Source: Patescibacteria group bacterium
GTDB taxonomy: Bacteria > Patescibacteriota > Minisyncoccia > Phycocordibacterales > XYD1-FULL-46-19
Length of the DNA stretch: 64,000 bases
NCBI GenBank assembly: GCA_048617235.1
Contig: JBMCHT010000001.1
Span: forward strand, 54,043 to 118,042
Direction of reading: 5' to 3'
The first letter of the stretch is position 1; each line of letters starts with the position of its first letter. Under the pieces are notes generated by a model, which was not told the DNA's origin, ran no database searches, and saw nothing but the letters and a program-made list of their open reading frames with translations. This document shows, piece by piece, positions 45,417 through 55,103 of the stretch. The translations under genes were made by a program, and so were the position numbers.

Positions 45417-47348
45417 ATGAAAACTAAAATTCCAACAAAAAAAGACTCTATTCAAATAATTGAAGTTTGGTTACTCGACGACCGCCGGCCTCTGGAAAAT
45501 TTAACTTATTTTTATCGCCGACCTTTAACTGCCGGTACAATTGTAGAAGTATCAATCGGCCGTCAAAAAAAACAAGCCGTAATCATTTCCTCTAATGATA
45601 TCTCCAAACAAAAAACTTCTCTTAAAAAAGCGAGTTTTCAATTAAAAAAAATTGAAAAAATAATTCAAGAAAATTTTTTACCACCAGAATTAATAAAAAC
45701 CGTAACAAAAATCGCACAATATTATGGTTGTGGCGGATCTGTTATTTTGAATCAGATTATCCCAACAAATATCTGGAAAAACTTAAAAACAATTACCGGT
45801 CCGACCACTAGAATTCCTCAACCTAATATTAAAACCAAACCAAACCTTAAACTAAAACCAATAGCTATTCAAGAAATAGATGAAGAAAGAATGACTGTTT
45901 ACAAAAATTTAACCAGAGAACAATTTGCTCAAAAAAAATCCACAATAATATTATTACCAACCACTCAATTAGTTGAAGAAACGGCCGGTAAAATACAAAA
46001 AGGTCTGGAAGATTATACTTTCATCATTCATGGTAATCTAAATTCAAAAACTCTCCATCAGAGATGGCAAAAGGCTGAAAACTGTCGTAAACCAGTTTTA
46101 TTAATAACCACCCCCTGGCATCTAGGCTTAAATCGTTCAGATTGGGGTATGATTATTGTTGAGCAAGAAAACAATGACAGTTATCAAACTCTCAGAAAAC
46201 CATTCGTAGATGGTCGCCTGTTGGCTCAAACCCTGGCAGAAATTATGTCTCTTAAAATAATTTATGGAGATATTTTGCTAACAACGGATAAAATTTATCA
46301 AATTGGTAAAAATTTAATAGATCCTCTTAGACCGATCAAGTATCGTTTTTTGACTGAAGCTAAAACCGAATTAGTAAAACTCAAAGAGAAAAACTTAAAA
46401 AATCCTGAAGAAAGATTTTCAATTTTAAGTCCTTCAGCTTTATCAATTTTAACCCAAGGAGCCGGTCGAGATCGTTCCTTGATTTTAGTTGGCCGTAAAG
46501 GTTGGAGTCCTTTGGTGGTTTGTGAAGATTGCGGACAATTACTTTTATGTTCTGATTGTCAAAAACCGGAGCTTTTTACTAGACCTTTCGGTTCCGACAA
46601 ACCGGGTGAGCTTGTTTGCCGACATTGCCAAAAAAAACATCCAGCTGATTCTTTTTGCCCTCATTGTCGCAGTTGGCGCTTAAAACCTTTAGGCATCGGT
46701 GCCGAACAAGTAAAAAACGAATATGATAAATATTTTCCCGGTAATCACTCCCTATTTATGACCGGCGACAATCACACCCCTCTTCAAGCCAAGAAAAAAA
46801 TAGAAACCTTTTTAGATTCGCCCGGCAGAGCTTTAATTGGTACAGAATTTATTCTTAATTATCTAAATGAACCAGTTGAAAATATTATAATCGCCACCTT
46901 AGACGCTGTCTTATCTGTACCAAATTATAAAATTAATGAAAAAATCTTTAAATTAATAATCAAAACCAGATCCCTAACTACAAAAAATATTATAATACAA
47001 ACCAGATTACCCCACTCTGAAATATTAAATCAAGCTTTAAATGGCAATGCTTTGGATTTTTATAGAGATGAATTAGCCGACAGACAAGCTCTCAACTATC
47101 CACCTTTTAGTAAACTCTTAAAAATAGTTTGCTCTGATACCGTAGATAAAAAACGTTTATTAAGCGTCAAAACTGAAAAAATACCTTGGCCTAATTATAC
47201 TTATACCGGTTTAAGTAAATCGGGTAAGCCCATTTTAACCTTATTAATTAAATTACCGCCGAATATTAAACCATTTGAGTGGCAAAAAATAATAGCTCCC
47301 CTACCTTTGGATTGTGAGATTTTAGTTGACCCCAACACCATTGTATAA
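45417..47348 (+). CDS. priA: Primosomal protein N' (PriA)-like, with intact Cys4 zinc-binding region but degenerate helicase motifs
   Basis: N-terminal 3'-DNA-binding-like region. 'CEDCGQLLLCSDC...CRHCQ...CPHCRS' zinc ribbons. No GxGKT Walker A; 'VEQEN' in place of DEEH. Confidence 0.65.
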   Translation: MKTKIPTKKDSIQIIEVWLLDDRRPLENLTYFYRRPLTAGTIVEVSIGRQKKQAVIISSNDISKQKTSLKKASFQLKKIEKIIQENFLPPELIKTVTKIAQYYGCGGSVILNQIIPTNIWKNLKTITGPTTRIPQPNIKTKPNLKLKPIAIQEIDEERMTVYKNLTREQFAQKKSTIILLPTTQLVEETAGKIQKGLEDYTFIIHGNLNSKTLHQRWQKAENCRKPVLLITTPWHLGLNRSDWGMIIVEQENNDSYQTLRKPFVDGRLLAQTLAEIMSLKIIYGDILLTTDKIYQIGKNLIDPLRPIKYRFLTEAKTELVKLKEKNLKNPEERFSILSPSALSILTQGAGRDRSLILVGRKGWSPLVVCEDCGQLLLCSDCQKPELFTRPFGSDKPGELVCRHCQKKHPADSFCPHCRSWRLKPLGIGAEQVKNEYDKYFPGNHSLFMTGDNHTPLQAKKKIETFLDSPGRALIGTEFILNYLNEPVENIIIATLDAVLSVPNYKINEKIFKLIIKTRSLTTKNIIIQTRLPHSEILNQALNGNALDFYRDELADRQALNYPPFSKLLKIVCSDTVDKKRLLSVKTEKIPWPNYTYTGLSKSGKPILTLLIKLPPNIKPFEWQKIIAPLPLDCEILVDPNTIV

Positions 47349-47360
47349 TATTTTAATAAT

Positions 47361-47867
47361 ATGACTGAAAAAAATAATATCGTTCAAAAAGATCATCCGG
47401 CGCTGAGACAAGTATCCGAAGAAATAGCTTTGGATAAAATCCACAGTCCGGAAATAAAAGATCTGATTAAAAAAATGGAAACCACTCTAAAATCAGAAAC
47501 CGACGGAGTAGCTCTGGCTGCTCCTCAAATTGGAGTTAATAAAAGATTATTTATAGTTTCCGGTAAAATTTTTACTCCTCCAGACTCTGATACTGAACCA
47601 CCAATTAAAATTTTTATTAACCCGGAAATTAAAAAAATGTCTAAGAAAAAAATTCGCCTGGAAGAAGGTTGTTTATCTGTCCGTCCTCTATACGGCCATA
47701 TTTTACGATCAGAAAAAATAAGTATTATTGCTTATGATCAGGAAGGAAAAAAGAAATCTTGGAACGCTTCCGGTTTATTGGCTCAAATTTTTCAACATGA
47801 GATAGATCATTTAAACGGTGTTTTATTTATTGATCAAGCCAGTGATTTTTATGAAATCACCGAATAA
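47361..47867 (+). CDS. def: Peptide deformylase
   Basis: 'GVALAAPQIGV', 'EGCLSV', 'HEIDHLNG' motifs 1-3. Confidence 0.9.
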   Translation: MTEKNNIVQKDHPALRQVSEEIALDKIHSPEIKDLIKKMETTLKSETDGVALAAPQIGVNKRLFIVSGKIFTPPDSDTEPPIKIFINPEIKKMSKKKIRLEEGCLSVRPLYGHILRSEKISIIAYDQEGKKKSWNASGLLAQIFQHEIDHLNGVLFIDQASDFYEITE

Positions 47868-48717
47868 TAAAACCCCTCATTTTATATTTGCCGGTACCGA
47901 TGATTTCGCCGTCACGGTCTTGGATACTCTTAGAAAAAGAAATTTAAAACCGGATTTAATAATAACAGCTCCCGACAAACCGGCCGGTCGTAAATTACAA
48001 TTAACTCCATCTCCGGTTAAAACATGGTCAACTGAATATAAATTACCACTATTACAACCTGCCTCTTTAAAAGACTGGCTCCCCTCCGGTTCCCAACCGG
48101 ATTTTTTACTTACTGCCTCTTATGGTTTATTTTTACCTAAAAAATTACTTCAATATCCCAAAAAAGGTTGTCTAAATATCCACCCTTCTTTATTACCTCT
48201 TTATCGAGGACCGGCGCCGGTAGTTGCAGCTATTCTATCTGATAATAAATACACCGGGGTTTCTATTATGTTGATGGATCAAAAAATGGATCATGGCCCG
48301 ATTTTAGCTCAAGCTCAAACTGAAATTAATCACAAATGGTTACTTCCTCTAAGTCAAGAATTAGCGGAAATCGGGGCTAATTTATTGGCAGATTTGTTAC
48401 CTCAATGGTTAACTGATGAAATTAAACCCACCCCTCAAAATCACGCTTTGGCTACTTTTAGTCAGAAAATTTCCAAACAAGACGGTTTAATAAATTTGGC
48501 TGATGATCCAATATTAAATTTTAAAAAAATTAGAGCTTATACTCCTTGGCCCGGTGCCTATTTTTTCACCAAAAAAGATAATTTAAAAATTACCATCAAA
48601 CAAGCTCATCTGAATGAAAATAATCTTTTAGTAATAGATAAAATAGTCCCGGCCGGCAAACAAGAAATGGCTTGGGCAGATTGGATCAGAAATAGACCGG
48701 AATTTACTCCCCTCTAA
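47851..48717 (+). CDS. fmt: Methionyl-tRNA formyltransferase (start at ATG 47851; ORF-track upstream extension unlikely)
   Basis: 'FIFAGTDDFAV', 'NIHPSLLPLYRGPAP' formyltransferase motifs. C-terminal Fmt domain. def-fmt pair. Confidence 0.9.
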   Translation: MKSPNNKTPHFIFAGTDDFAVTVLDTLRKRNLKPDLIITAPDKPAGRKLQLTPSPVKTWSTEYKLPLLQPASLKDWLPSGSQPDFLLTASYGLFLPKKLLQYPKKGCLNIHPSLLPLYRGPAPVVAAILSDNKYTGVSIMLMDQKMDHGPILAQAQTEINHKWLLPLSQELAEIGANLLADLLPQWLTDEIKPTPQNHALATFSQKISKQDGLINLADDPILNFKKIRAYTPWPGAYFFTKKDNLKITIKQAHLNENNLLVIDKIVPAGKQEMAWADWIRNRPEFTPL

Positions 48718-49081
48718 ATTTTTGCCACATATTTTTTAAACGCCGACCGCCTTTTTTCAATAAATCTTTATGTTTGGATTTTTTAGATTTTATTTGTTTA
48801 GCCATCTCATCTTTAACCTTATCAATAGCCGCATACAAATCCTCGGCTGTCGCTTCAGCACGAAATAAATTCATTCCCGGAATCTCTAAATTTATTTCAG
48901 CTCGATAAACTTCACCACTTCGATGATGCTCGGTTGTTTTACCTATTTCCACATCCGCTTGTACTCCTGATTGATCTTTACTAATAAACTTTTTCAAATA
49001 ATCAAGTTTGGTTTGCAGATATTCCTCAATCGCTTCAGTTAATTCTATATTGGTAGTTTTAATATTTATATTCATAAGCAT
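48704..49081 (-). CDS. hpf: Ribosome hibernation promoting factor (HPF/RaiA, short form)
   Basis: 'MNINIKTTNIELTEAIEEYLQTKLDYLKKF' canonical HPF beta-alpha-beta-beta-beta-alpha start. Confidence 0.8.
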   Translation of the reverse strand: MLMNINIKTTNIELTEAIEEYLQTKLDYLKKFISKDQSGVQADVEIGKTTEHHRSGEVYRAEINLEIPGMNLFRAEATAEDLYAAIDKVKDEMAKQIKSKKSKHKDLLKKGGRRLKNMWQKFRGE

Positions 49082-49154
49082 TAGATATTAAATTGTTTAA
49101 TAAACCCAACCATCATCATTATAACATAATCAACCACCCAATTTAACCTTAAAA

Positions 49155-49385
49155 TTAAATAATTTTTAACAGTTTATTAGGGAGTCGTTGACCGGATATA
49201 ATAACCACTTTTTTCCCTTTAAAATATTTCGATACCACCTCAAGTAATCTGTGATTAGCTAATCCTTTTTCCGGTTTTATTTTAAGACATATTTCTAAGC
49301 GACCATCGGCTAAAACCCGAATAACCTCTTTTTTACAATCAGTTTTAACTTTTACTCGAATATAACCATTTTCATCCATAATCAT
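49155..49385 (-). CDS. DUF167/YggU family protein
   Basis: 'IRVKVKTDCKKEVI...LEICLKIKPEKGLANHRLLEVVSKYF' fits the UPF0235 pattern. Confidence 0.6.
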   Translation of the reverse strand: MIMDENGYIRVKVKTDCKKEVIRVLADGRLEICLKIKPEKGLANHRLLEVVSKYFKGKKVVIISGQRLPNKLLKII

Positions 49386-49411
49386 ATTATTTTATGTTAT
49401 AATAATACATC

Positions 49412-50392
49412 ATGACAGACAATTTTTATAATAATTTTATAGCTGAATTAAAAAGTTGGTCTCAACAATTAAAATGGCAACCAGACATTGAATTACCTAC
49501 CCTAGCCGAAAATCTTCCTATTGTTGTTGCCGGTATGGGCGGTTCCGGTTTACCCGGTCGCATCCTTAAAACTTATAGCCAAAAACAAATAATTAATCAT
49601 CATAATTATGGTTTACCTCAAAATATAACCAAGGCTACTTTAGTCGCTATTTCCTATTCCGGCAATACCACAGAAACTATAGATGCTCTAAAAACCGCTC
49701 TCAAAGCCAATTGGCCGGTTGTAGTTATAACCGGTGGTGGCCAATTAAAACAATTAGCTATCGATTATAATCTTCCACTGATAGAAATTCCCCCGATAGT
49801 TTCTCAACCTCGACTGGCTTTACCAATAGTAACCAAAATCTTGGCTCATATCTTATTAGAAACAAATATTATTCAAGAAATAGAAAAGACCGCTAATCAG
49901 TTAGCTTTTGATTCTTTAACAAGCATTGCTCAAGCTATGGCTCAAAATACCCAAAATAATTGGCCGGTTATTTTAACCACCGCTGAATACGCTACCTTAG
50001 CCTATATTTGGAAAATTTCCATTAATGAAAATGCCAAAAGACCGGCTTTAATTTCCATTATTCCGGAAATGAATCACAATGAAATTGAAGGTCTCTTAAA
50101 TAACAAGCAAGAGATTTCTCTAATCGCCCTCACCGCTTCCCAGAAAAACAATCATCCAAATCAAAAAAGATTAAATTTAACTTTAGAAATAGCCAAAGAT
50201 TTAAATCAAGTAACTTTTGTTTATGATTTACTTAACGAACAAATTAATAATTTTTGGAATGGAACACTTTTAGGTAATCTTTATTCTCTGGAATTAGCTA
50301 AAATCAATGGAACTGATCCCTTAACTGTTCCCGTAATAGAAAAGTTCAAACAAAAGTTATCCTCTACAGATGACTTTACAAAAAAGATTTAA
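49412..50392 (+). CDS. SIS-domain bifunctional phosphoglucose/phosphomannose isomerase (archaeal-type)
   Basis: 'VVAGMGGSGLPGRIL' and 'AISYSGNTTET' SIS motifs. Two-SIS architecture, ~326 aa. Confidence 0.65.
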   Translation: MTDNFYNNFIAELKSWSQQLKWQPDIELPTLAENLPIVVAGMGGSGLPGRILKTYSQKQIINHHNYGLPQNITKATLVAISYSGNTTETIDALKTALKANWPVVVITGGGQLKQLAIDYNLPLIEIPPIVSQPRLALPIVTKILAHILLETNIIQEIEKTANQLAFDSLTSIAQAMAQNTQNNWPVILTTAEYATLAYIWKISINENAKRPALISIIPEMNHNEIEGLLNNKQEISLIALTASQKNNHPNQKRLNLTLEIAKDLNQVTFVYDLLNEQINNFWNGTLLGNLYSLELAKINGTDPLTVPVIEKFKQKLSSTDDFTKKI

Positions 50393-50473
50393 GTTATACC
50401 ATTATAAATGGAGAGAAAGTTATAGGAAGACTTTCTCAAGAAGGAAAGAAAAAGGAAGGAAGGAAGGGAAAAT

Positions 50474-50815
50474 ATGTCCGTAGTAGCCTCACACCCGCCG
50501 GCCGTTGAGCCGGCAAACGATCAAGTGGTACTGGAAGTCTCGGACTTCGCCTCGGGAAACCAGGTTGCCCGAAACCTCAAACTGGGCAACCGGTACGGGC
50601 GTCCGATGACTCAAGACGAGGTTCTGGAACAGAGCCTCGACCTCCTACAGGAGGGCGTCGCCATCCTCTGCCCGGGCCCCGGGCAGAAAAACTGCATCAT
50701 GATCTATACCGACGGTCGCGGCAACATTGTGGCCACGATCATTGAAGAGACGACCAGTTTCCCGGCCGGGGACTTCAAGGTCGCCTACATGGTGGCCGTC
50801 CCCAATAATTTCTAA
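50474..50815 (+). CDS. High-GC (~60%) small protein of unknown function. Likely foreign origin or an unusual constraint.
   Basis: 113-codon ORF after a 60-nt polypurine leader ending 'AAGGAAGGAAGGAAGGGAAAAT-ATG'. GC3-rich codon usage unlike neighbours. Followed by a terminator hairpin. Confidence 0.5.
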   Translation: MSVVASHPPAVEPANDQVVLEVSDFASGNQVARNLKLGNRYGRPMTQDEVLEQSLDLLQEGVAILCPGPGQKNCIMIYTDGRGNIVATIIEETTSFPAGDFKVAYMVAVPNNF

Positions 50816-50833
50816 CCCCCCTTCCCACAACCA

Positions 50834-50867
50834 CCCCGCGCCAAACTTGGTGCGGGGTTCTCTTATA
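50834..50867. terminator. Intrinsic terminator shared by the high-GC ORF (+) and uppP (-)
   Basis: CCCCGCGCC-aaacttg-GGTGCGGGG (9 bp with one G.U), followed by TTCTCTT. Confidence 0.5.
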
Positions 50868-51654
50868 CTAAACCTATCAATAATAACCAAATAAAAACAC
50901 CACCGAAAATAATACGGTAAAAACCAAAAGCAGTAAAACTAAATTGAGACAAAAAAGCCAGTAAACCTTTAATCGCTAAAATACCAATTAGAAAAGATAA
51001 AACAAAACCAAACAACAATAATTCTTTTTCTCCGCCTGAAAAATAAATTCCTTGTTTGAAAAGATCATAACCACTGGCAGCCAACATAGTCGGTACCGCT
51101 AACAAAAAAGAAAATTCTATAATGGTTTTACGAGATAAACCCAAATACAAACCACCTAAAATAGTGGCCGCTGATCGTGATACTCCCGGAATAAAAGCCA
51201 CCGTTTGGCAAAAACCTAAAAAAAGAGCCTGTTTAAAAGAAATTTTATCTAATTCTTCTATTAAATTGAAATCAGCTCGTTTATACCACCATTCAAAAGC
51301 AATTAAAACTATTCCACCTATAATTATTGCCCCACTAGCTAACCATAAATTAGTTAAAATATTACGCAAAACAGAATAAAATAAAAAACCAACCAAACCG
51401 GTAGGGATAAAAGCGATTATTACTTTCAATAAAATTTTAGGTTTAACCAATAAAGAATTAAAATATAAAACAATTACCGATAAAATAGTTCCTAGTTGGA
51501 TAACTATATCAAAACTGGTTTTAAAAACCGATTCTTCTATTTGTAATAAAGCCCCAATTAAAATCAAATGAGCGGTGGAAGAGATCGGCAAAAATTCTGT
51601 TATACCCTCAACTAAACTTAAAACCAAAGTAGACAACCAACTCATATTAATCAA
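50863..51654 (-). CDS. uppP: Undecaprenyl-diphosphatase
   Basis: 'EGITEFLPISSTAHLIL' BacA signature, 8-TM protein. 'PGVSRSAATI' second motif. Confidence 0.85.
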   Translation of the reverse strand: MINMSWLSTLVLSLVEGITEFLPISSTAHLILIGALLQIEESVFKTSFDIVIQLGTILSVIVLYFNSLLVKPKILLKVIIAFIPTGLVGFLFYSVLRNILTNLWLASGAIIIGGIVLIAFEWWYKRADFNLIEELDKISFKQALFLGFCQTVAFIPGVSRSAATILGGLYLGLSRKTIIEFSFLLAVPTMLAASGYDLFKQGIYFSGGEKELLLFGFVLSFLIGILAIKGLLAFLSQFSFTAFGFYRIIFGGVFIWLLLIGLV

Positions 51655-52849
51655 AAATCAATTTAATAATTTTGTCATCTCCTTCTCTTATTTGACCACG
51701 ACCATCTCGATTAGAAGTAGAAACATATAAATAACCATCCGGCCCCACGGTAATCGCCCGCAACCGACCAAACTCTCCTTCCAATAATTTAAGATTATCA
51801 ACCACTCGATCTTCTTCATCTAACCATAAAATATATAAAGCCTGACCTCGAAGACCGGTATAAATTAAAGCTTTACCTTTTTCATTATCTAATTGAGGAT
51901 AAAATACTATTCCGGCCGGAGCCCAAGTCTCGGTCTGGCTACACCAAACAGGATTTGTTAATCTTTTATCTTCAGACAAGCATCGAGTTACCATTGGCCA
52001 ACCATAATTACCACCACTTATTATTTTATTAATTTCATCATGAGCCTGAGAGCCATGTTCGGTAATAAACAAAGAACCGGTTTCCGGCTGCCAAGCTAAA
52101 CCTTGAGGATTGCGGTGGCCAGCCGAATAGACCGGTAAACCAGTCCAAGGATTATCTTCGGGAATAGAACCGTCTGCTTTTATTTTTAAAATTTTACCGG
52201 CGGTTGCTTGAATATCTTGAGCTAGATTTGGCTGGCCGGCATCACCGGTTGTAAGCCACAAAAAACCATCCGGTCCAAAAGCTAAACGGCCACCATTATG
52301 AGTTAAACCACCAGCAATATTATTAATTATTATTTTTTCTTTTTCTAATCTGTTTTCTGTCTGATCAAACTCAAAAGCCGATACTCGATTATATATCTGT
52401 CCATCATGTCTGTAAGTAAAATATAAATACAATAAATTGTCTTCAATAAAATTCGGAGATAAAGCCATTCCTAATAATCCCCCTTCTCCTATTGCTTCTA
52501 TTTGAGGCAATCCCTCAATCGATGTAATTGAACCATCAGTAGAAATCAATTTTAAAGACCCTCTCCTCTCGGTCACCAACATTTCTCCATTAGGTAAAAA
52601 TTTTATTTCCCAAGGTATTTCCAGATTTTCAGCTACTATCTCTATTTGAGGAGTTATGGATTCTAAATCAGGCGAATTTTCCTCATTGTTTTCTTCTTCA
52701 GGTAGTAATTCCGTAATTTGATCTTCTTCACTTTCCACCTCATCTTCCAACATAGTCGGAGCATATATCATAGACCATAAACCAAAAAGAAGCCAAATTA
52801 GACCGGCTATTAAAAATATTAAAAACCACCATAAAACTTTTCTGTTCAT
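51647..52849 (-). CDS. PQQ-dependent soluble sugar (aldose/sorbosone) dehydrogenase-like beta-propeller, membrane-anchored
   Basis: 'GLLGMALSPNF', 'GGRLAFGPDGFLWLTTGD', 'HGSQAHDEINKI..GGNYGWP' match the GSDH/YliI family. Confidence 0.75.
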   Translation of the reverse strand: MNRKVLWWFLIFLIAGLIWLLFGLWSMIYAPTMLEDEVESEEDQITELLPEEENNEENSPDLESITPQIEIVAENLEIPWEIKFLPNGEMLVTERRGSLKLISTDGSITSIEGLPQIEAIGEGGLLGMALSPNFIEDNLLYLYFTYRHDGQIYNRVSAFEFDQTENRLEKEKIIINNIAGGLTHNGGRLAFGPDGFLWLTTGDAGQPNLAQDIQATAGKILKIKADGSIPEDNPWTGLPVYSAGHRNPQGLAWQPETGSLFITEHGSQAHDEINKIISGGNYGWPMVTRCLSEDKRLTNPVWCSQTETWAPAGIVFYPQLDNEKGKALIYTGLRGQALYILWLDEEDRVVDNLKLLEGEFGRLRAITVGPDGYLYVSTSNRDGRGQIREGDDKIIKLIFD

Positions 52850-52898
52850 AAAGATATTGTAACTAATATAACCCTTAGGTTCAAATTAATAAATTTAT

Positions 52899-53387
52899 TT
52901 AAAAAAACCAAATTAAACCAAAAATCAAAAAAGTTTGAAAAACAGGTTTAGCCAAAAAAATATTTTCAGTTTTAATTAAAAAATGACAAAAATGATGAAA
53001 TCTGACAAAAATCTTCAAGAAACGATTAGGCCATAATGAATAAATAAAAAACAACCAATCAGGCACCACCGCTAAGACAGCTCCGATCATAATTAACCAC
53101 AAAGAATTGTGGCCGGAAGCTACAAAAAACCAAACTAAAATTAAACCGACAGAAAAATCAATTGCCATTTTTAAACAATCATAAAAAAACCATTTATCAA
53201 ATTTAAATTTTAAACCAACCTCTTCGGATTCTTGATTAACTTGAAGAGATTTTAATTTATAATCCCAATGAGGAATAGCATCTAACACAAAATGGCTAGC
53301 TAGAGCTCCGGCTATCGCCAATGGTGGCCAAGGTGATAAAACTGCAGCCGTTACTCCCCCGGCTACTGCATGAGAAGTCCAAATCAT
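52899..53387 (-). CDS. YdjM/DUF457-like membrane-bound metal-dependent hydrolase
   Basis: 'HAVAGGVTAAVL...ASHFVLDAIPHWDY' His/Asp pattern in a 4-TM protein. Confidence 0.5.
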   Translation of the reverse strand: MIWTSHAVAGGVTAAVLSPWPPLAIAGALASHFVLDAIPHWDYKLKSLQVNQESEEVGLKFKFDKWFFYDCLKMAIDFSVGLILVWFFVASGHNSLWLIMIGAVLAVVPDWLFFIYSLWPNRFLKIFVRFHHFCHFLIKTENIFLAKPVFQTFLIFGLIWFF

Positions 53388-54322
53388 AAACGACCGGCCG
53401 CACAGGCATTATAACGATTAAGAGTTTGATTATAAGAAGCTACGGTAGCAGCCGCAGCTCTAAATCTGTTTTCATATAGATCAATTAACTCCCTAGTTTG
53501 GTCAAAATCTTGTTTATTTTTAGATTCTTCTATTTGATTACTTAAATCATTCAAAATAGACTTATGATCATCTAAAATTGTCAAAATAGAATGATCCGGT
53601 GCCGGACAATCTCTTTTTTTAATACCATAGATAATTATTACTATATACTTATCACCATAAGGACTAATAGCTATCCCTGCTTCTTTATAACCTGAACCGG
53701 CTCCGGAATGAGATCGAGCCGCTTTATCCAATAATTCAGCCAAAAAAGCCGAAGATACAGGATCAGTTATGGCTATTTGTTCAGCTAAACCGGCATAATC
53801 ATAGCCGGTTAAATTTATAGCCTCTTTTATTTGATTTTCATTAAATAATAATGGTTTCCCTTCTATAATAGCTTGAACTCGCCGAGTAGCTACAAAATTT
53901 AAATTATCATTTAAACTTAAACTAAATAATCCCCTTGCTTGTCGTTTTTGATTTAAATAAGTAAAAACCAAACTTACTTCTGGTTTTACATCTTCGTTTA
54001 TTTCTTTTTCCTCATCAGTTAGCAAATCATTTTTTTCTACCTCAACCTCTGGGGCGGAATAATTCACAGAAGGAACTGAAGATATAATTTTATCTGAAGG
54101 TGATCCTAATTGCGGTAAATTAGCCGGAGACCAATTATTAATATCTGTTATTGATTGTCTATCTATAATCGGAGTGGGATTTATAATTTCTTCCTCTTCA
54201 ACTATAATTTCTTCAACATCATTACTTCTTTCCACCCCCAAAAACCAGACCGTTAACCAACCGCTAACCAAAACTATAGCCATAATCAATAAAACTTTAA
54301 TTAAAATGGAAAATTCTTTCAT
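53384..54322 (-). CDS. Secreted/membrane-anchored hypothetical protein (possible CAP/SCP-like C-domain)
   Basis: N-terminal TM, acidic linker. C-terminal region with weak CAP-like pattern. Low confidence. Confidence 0.35.
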   Translation of the reverse strand: MKEFSILIKVLLIMAIVLVSGWLTVWFLGVERSNDVEEIIVEEEEIINPTPIIDRQSITDINNWSPANLPQLGSPSDKIISSVPSVNYSAPEVEVEKNDLLTDEEKEINEDVKPEVSLVFTYLNQKRQARGLFSLSLNDNLNFVATRRVQAIIEGKPLLFNENQIKEAINLTGYDYAGLAEQIAITDPVSSAFLAELLDKAARSHSGAGSGYKEAGIAISPYGDKYIVIIIYGIKKRDCPAPDHSILTILDDHKSILNDLSNQIEESKNKQDFDQTRELIDLYENRFRAAAATVASYNQTLNRYNACAAGRL

Positions 54323-55035
54323 AAAAATTTATTAGAAATAACAGTTCCTTTAAATTCCAAATTATTTAAATAATTATCTAATCGTTCTAAATGTTGACCA
54401 TTAATAATAATCACTTCCATATTTTCAGCTTGAGCCAATCTGGAAGCTTCCGGATCAAAAGGAGTAGATAATCCCGGATTCCAATCTTTGGGTATTAATT
54501 GTAAAAAATTAACCCAAGATATTTTGTCGTAAAATTCAGCTTCAATATTTTTTTGAGGATCTTCCTCATAAACATAATCTATATTAGATAAATTGATTAT
54601 TCTATCTGACCCTAAAGTTTTAGCTAAAGACACAGCACAATAATCAGTACTACGACCCGGTCGCCAACCGGCAGCCACCAATAAAGATTCCTCAAAAACA
54701 GGAAGAGCGGTTGGATTTTTAACCATCACCGGATGAGCTTCTTGATAAAAAATAGAGCGTAAAAGATGTCCATTCAAACGAGTCCCATGAATACCCAACC
54801 AATCCAAATCCTCAACCGATAAATCGGTTACCGCTTGACCGGCTTTTTGGTAACGCCTGGCAGTTTGACCACCACCGGTTATAAGCACAAATCGTCGACC
54901 TTTACTTATTTGTTCCAATAAAATATTTTTAAAAATTTTAAGAAAAGAAATATCAATATTATCAGGTACTATCAAAGACCCTCCGACTGATATAATAATT
55001 GGTTTTTCTTTTTTCATCATTAAAGAGTTTAGCAA
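54319..55035 (-). CDS. pyrH: Archaeal-type UMP kinase (amino-acid-kinase fold)
   Basis: 'IISVGGSL', 'ITGGGQTARRY', 'LGIHGTRLNGHLL', 'AGWRPGRSTDYCAVSLA...IDYVYEEDP' collinear with archaeal PyrH. Confidence 0.7.
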   Translation of the reverse strand: MLNSLMMKKEKPIIISVGGSLIVPDNIDISFLKIFKNILLEQISKGRRFVLITGGGQTARRYQKAGQAVTDLSVEDLDWLGIHGTRLNGHLLRSIFYQEAHPVMVKNPTALPVFEESLLVAAGWRPGRSTDYCAVSLAKTLGSDRIINLSNIDYVYEEDPQKNIEAEFYDKISWVNFLQLIPKDWNPGLSTPFDPEASRLAQAENMEVIIINGQHLERLDNYLNNLEFKGTVISNKFL

Positions 55036-55069
55036 TAAAACTAAGATTAGCCAACATAAATTAAATATC

Positions 55070-55097
55070 TTGACTTTAACAATATTATATTTATACT
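55070..55097 (+). promoter_or_regulatory. Sigma70-like promoter TTGACT-N16-TATACT
   Basis: Hexamers at 55070-55075 and 55092-55097, immediately upstream of the structured RNA. Confidence 0.4.
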
Positions 55098-55103
55098 ACA
55101 TTA

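Noticed and set aside
50645-50890. Minus-strand 81-aa ORF overlapping the high-GC gene
   Set aside because: Stop-codon depletion artefact of GC-rich DNA. No RBS, and it overlaps the uppP stop region.
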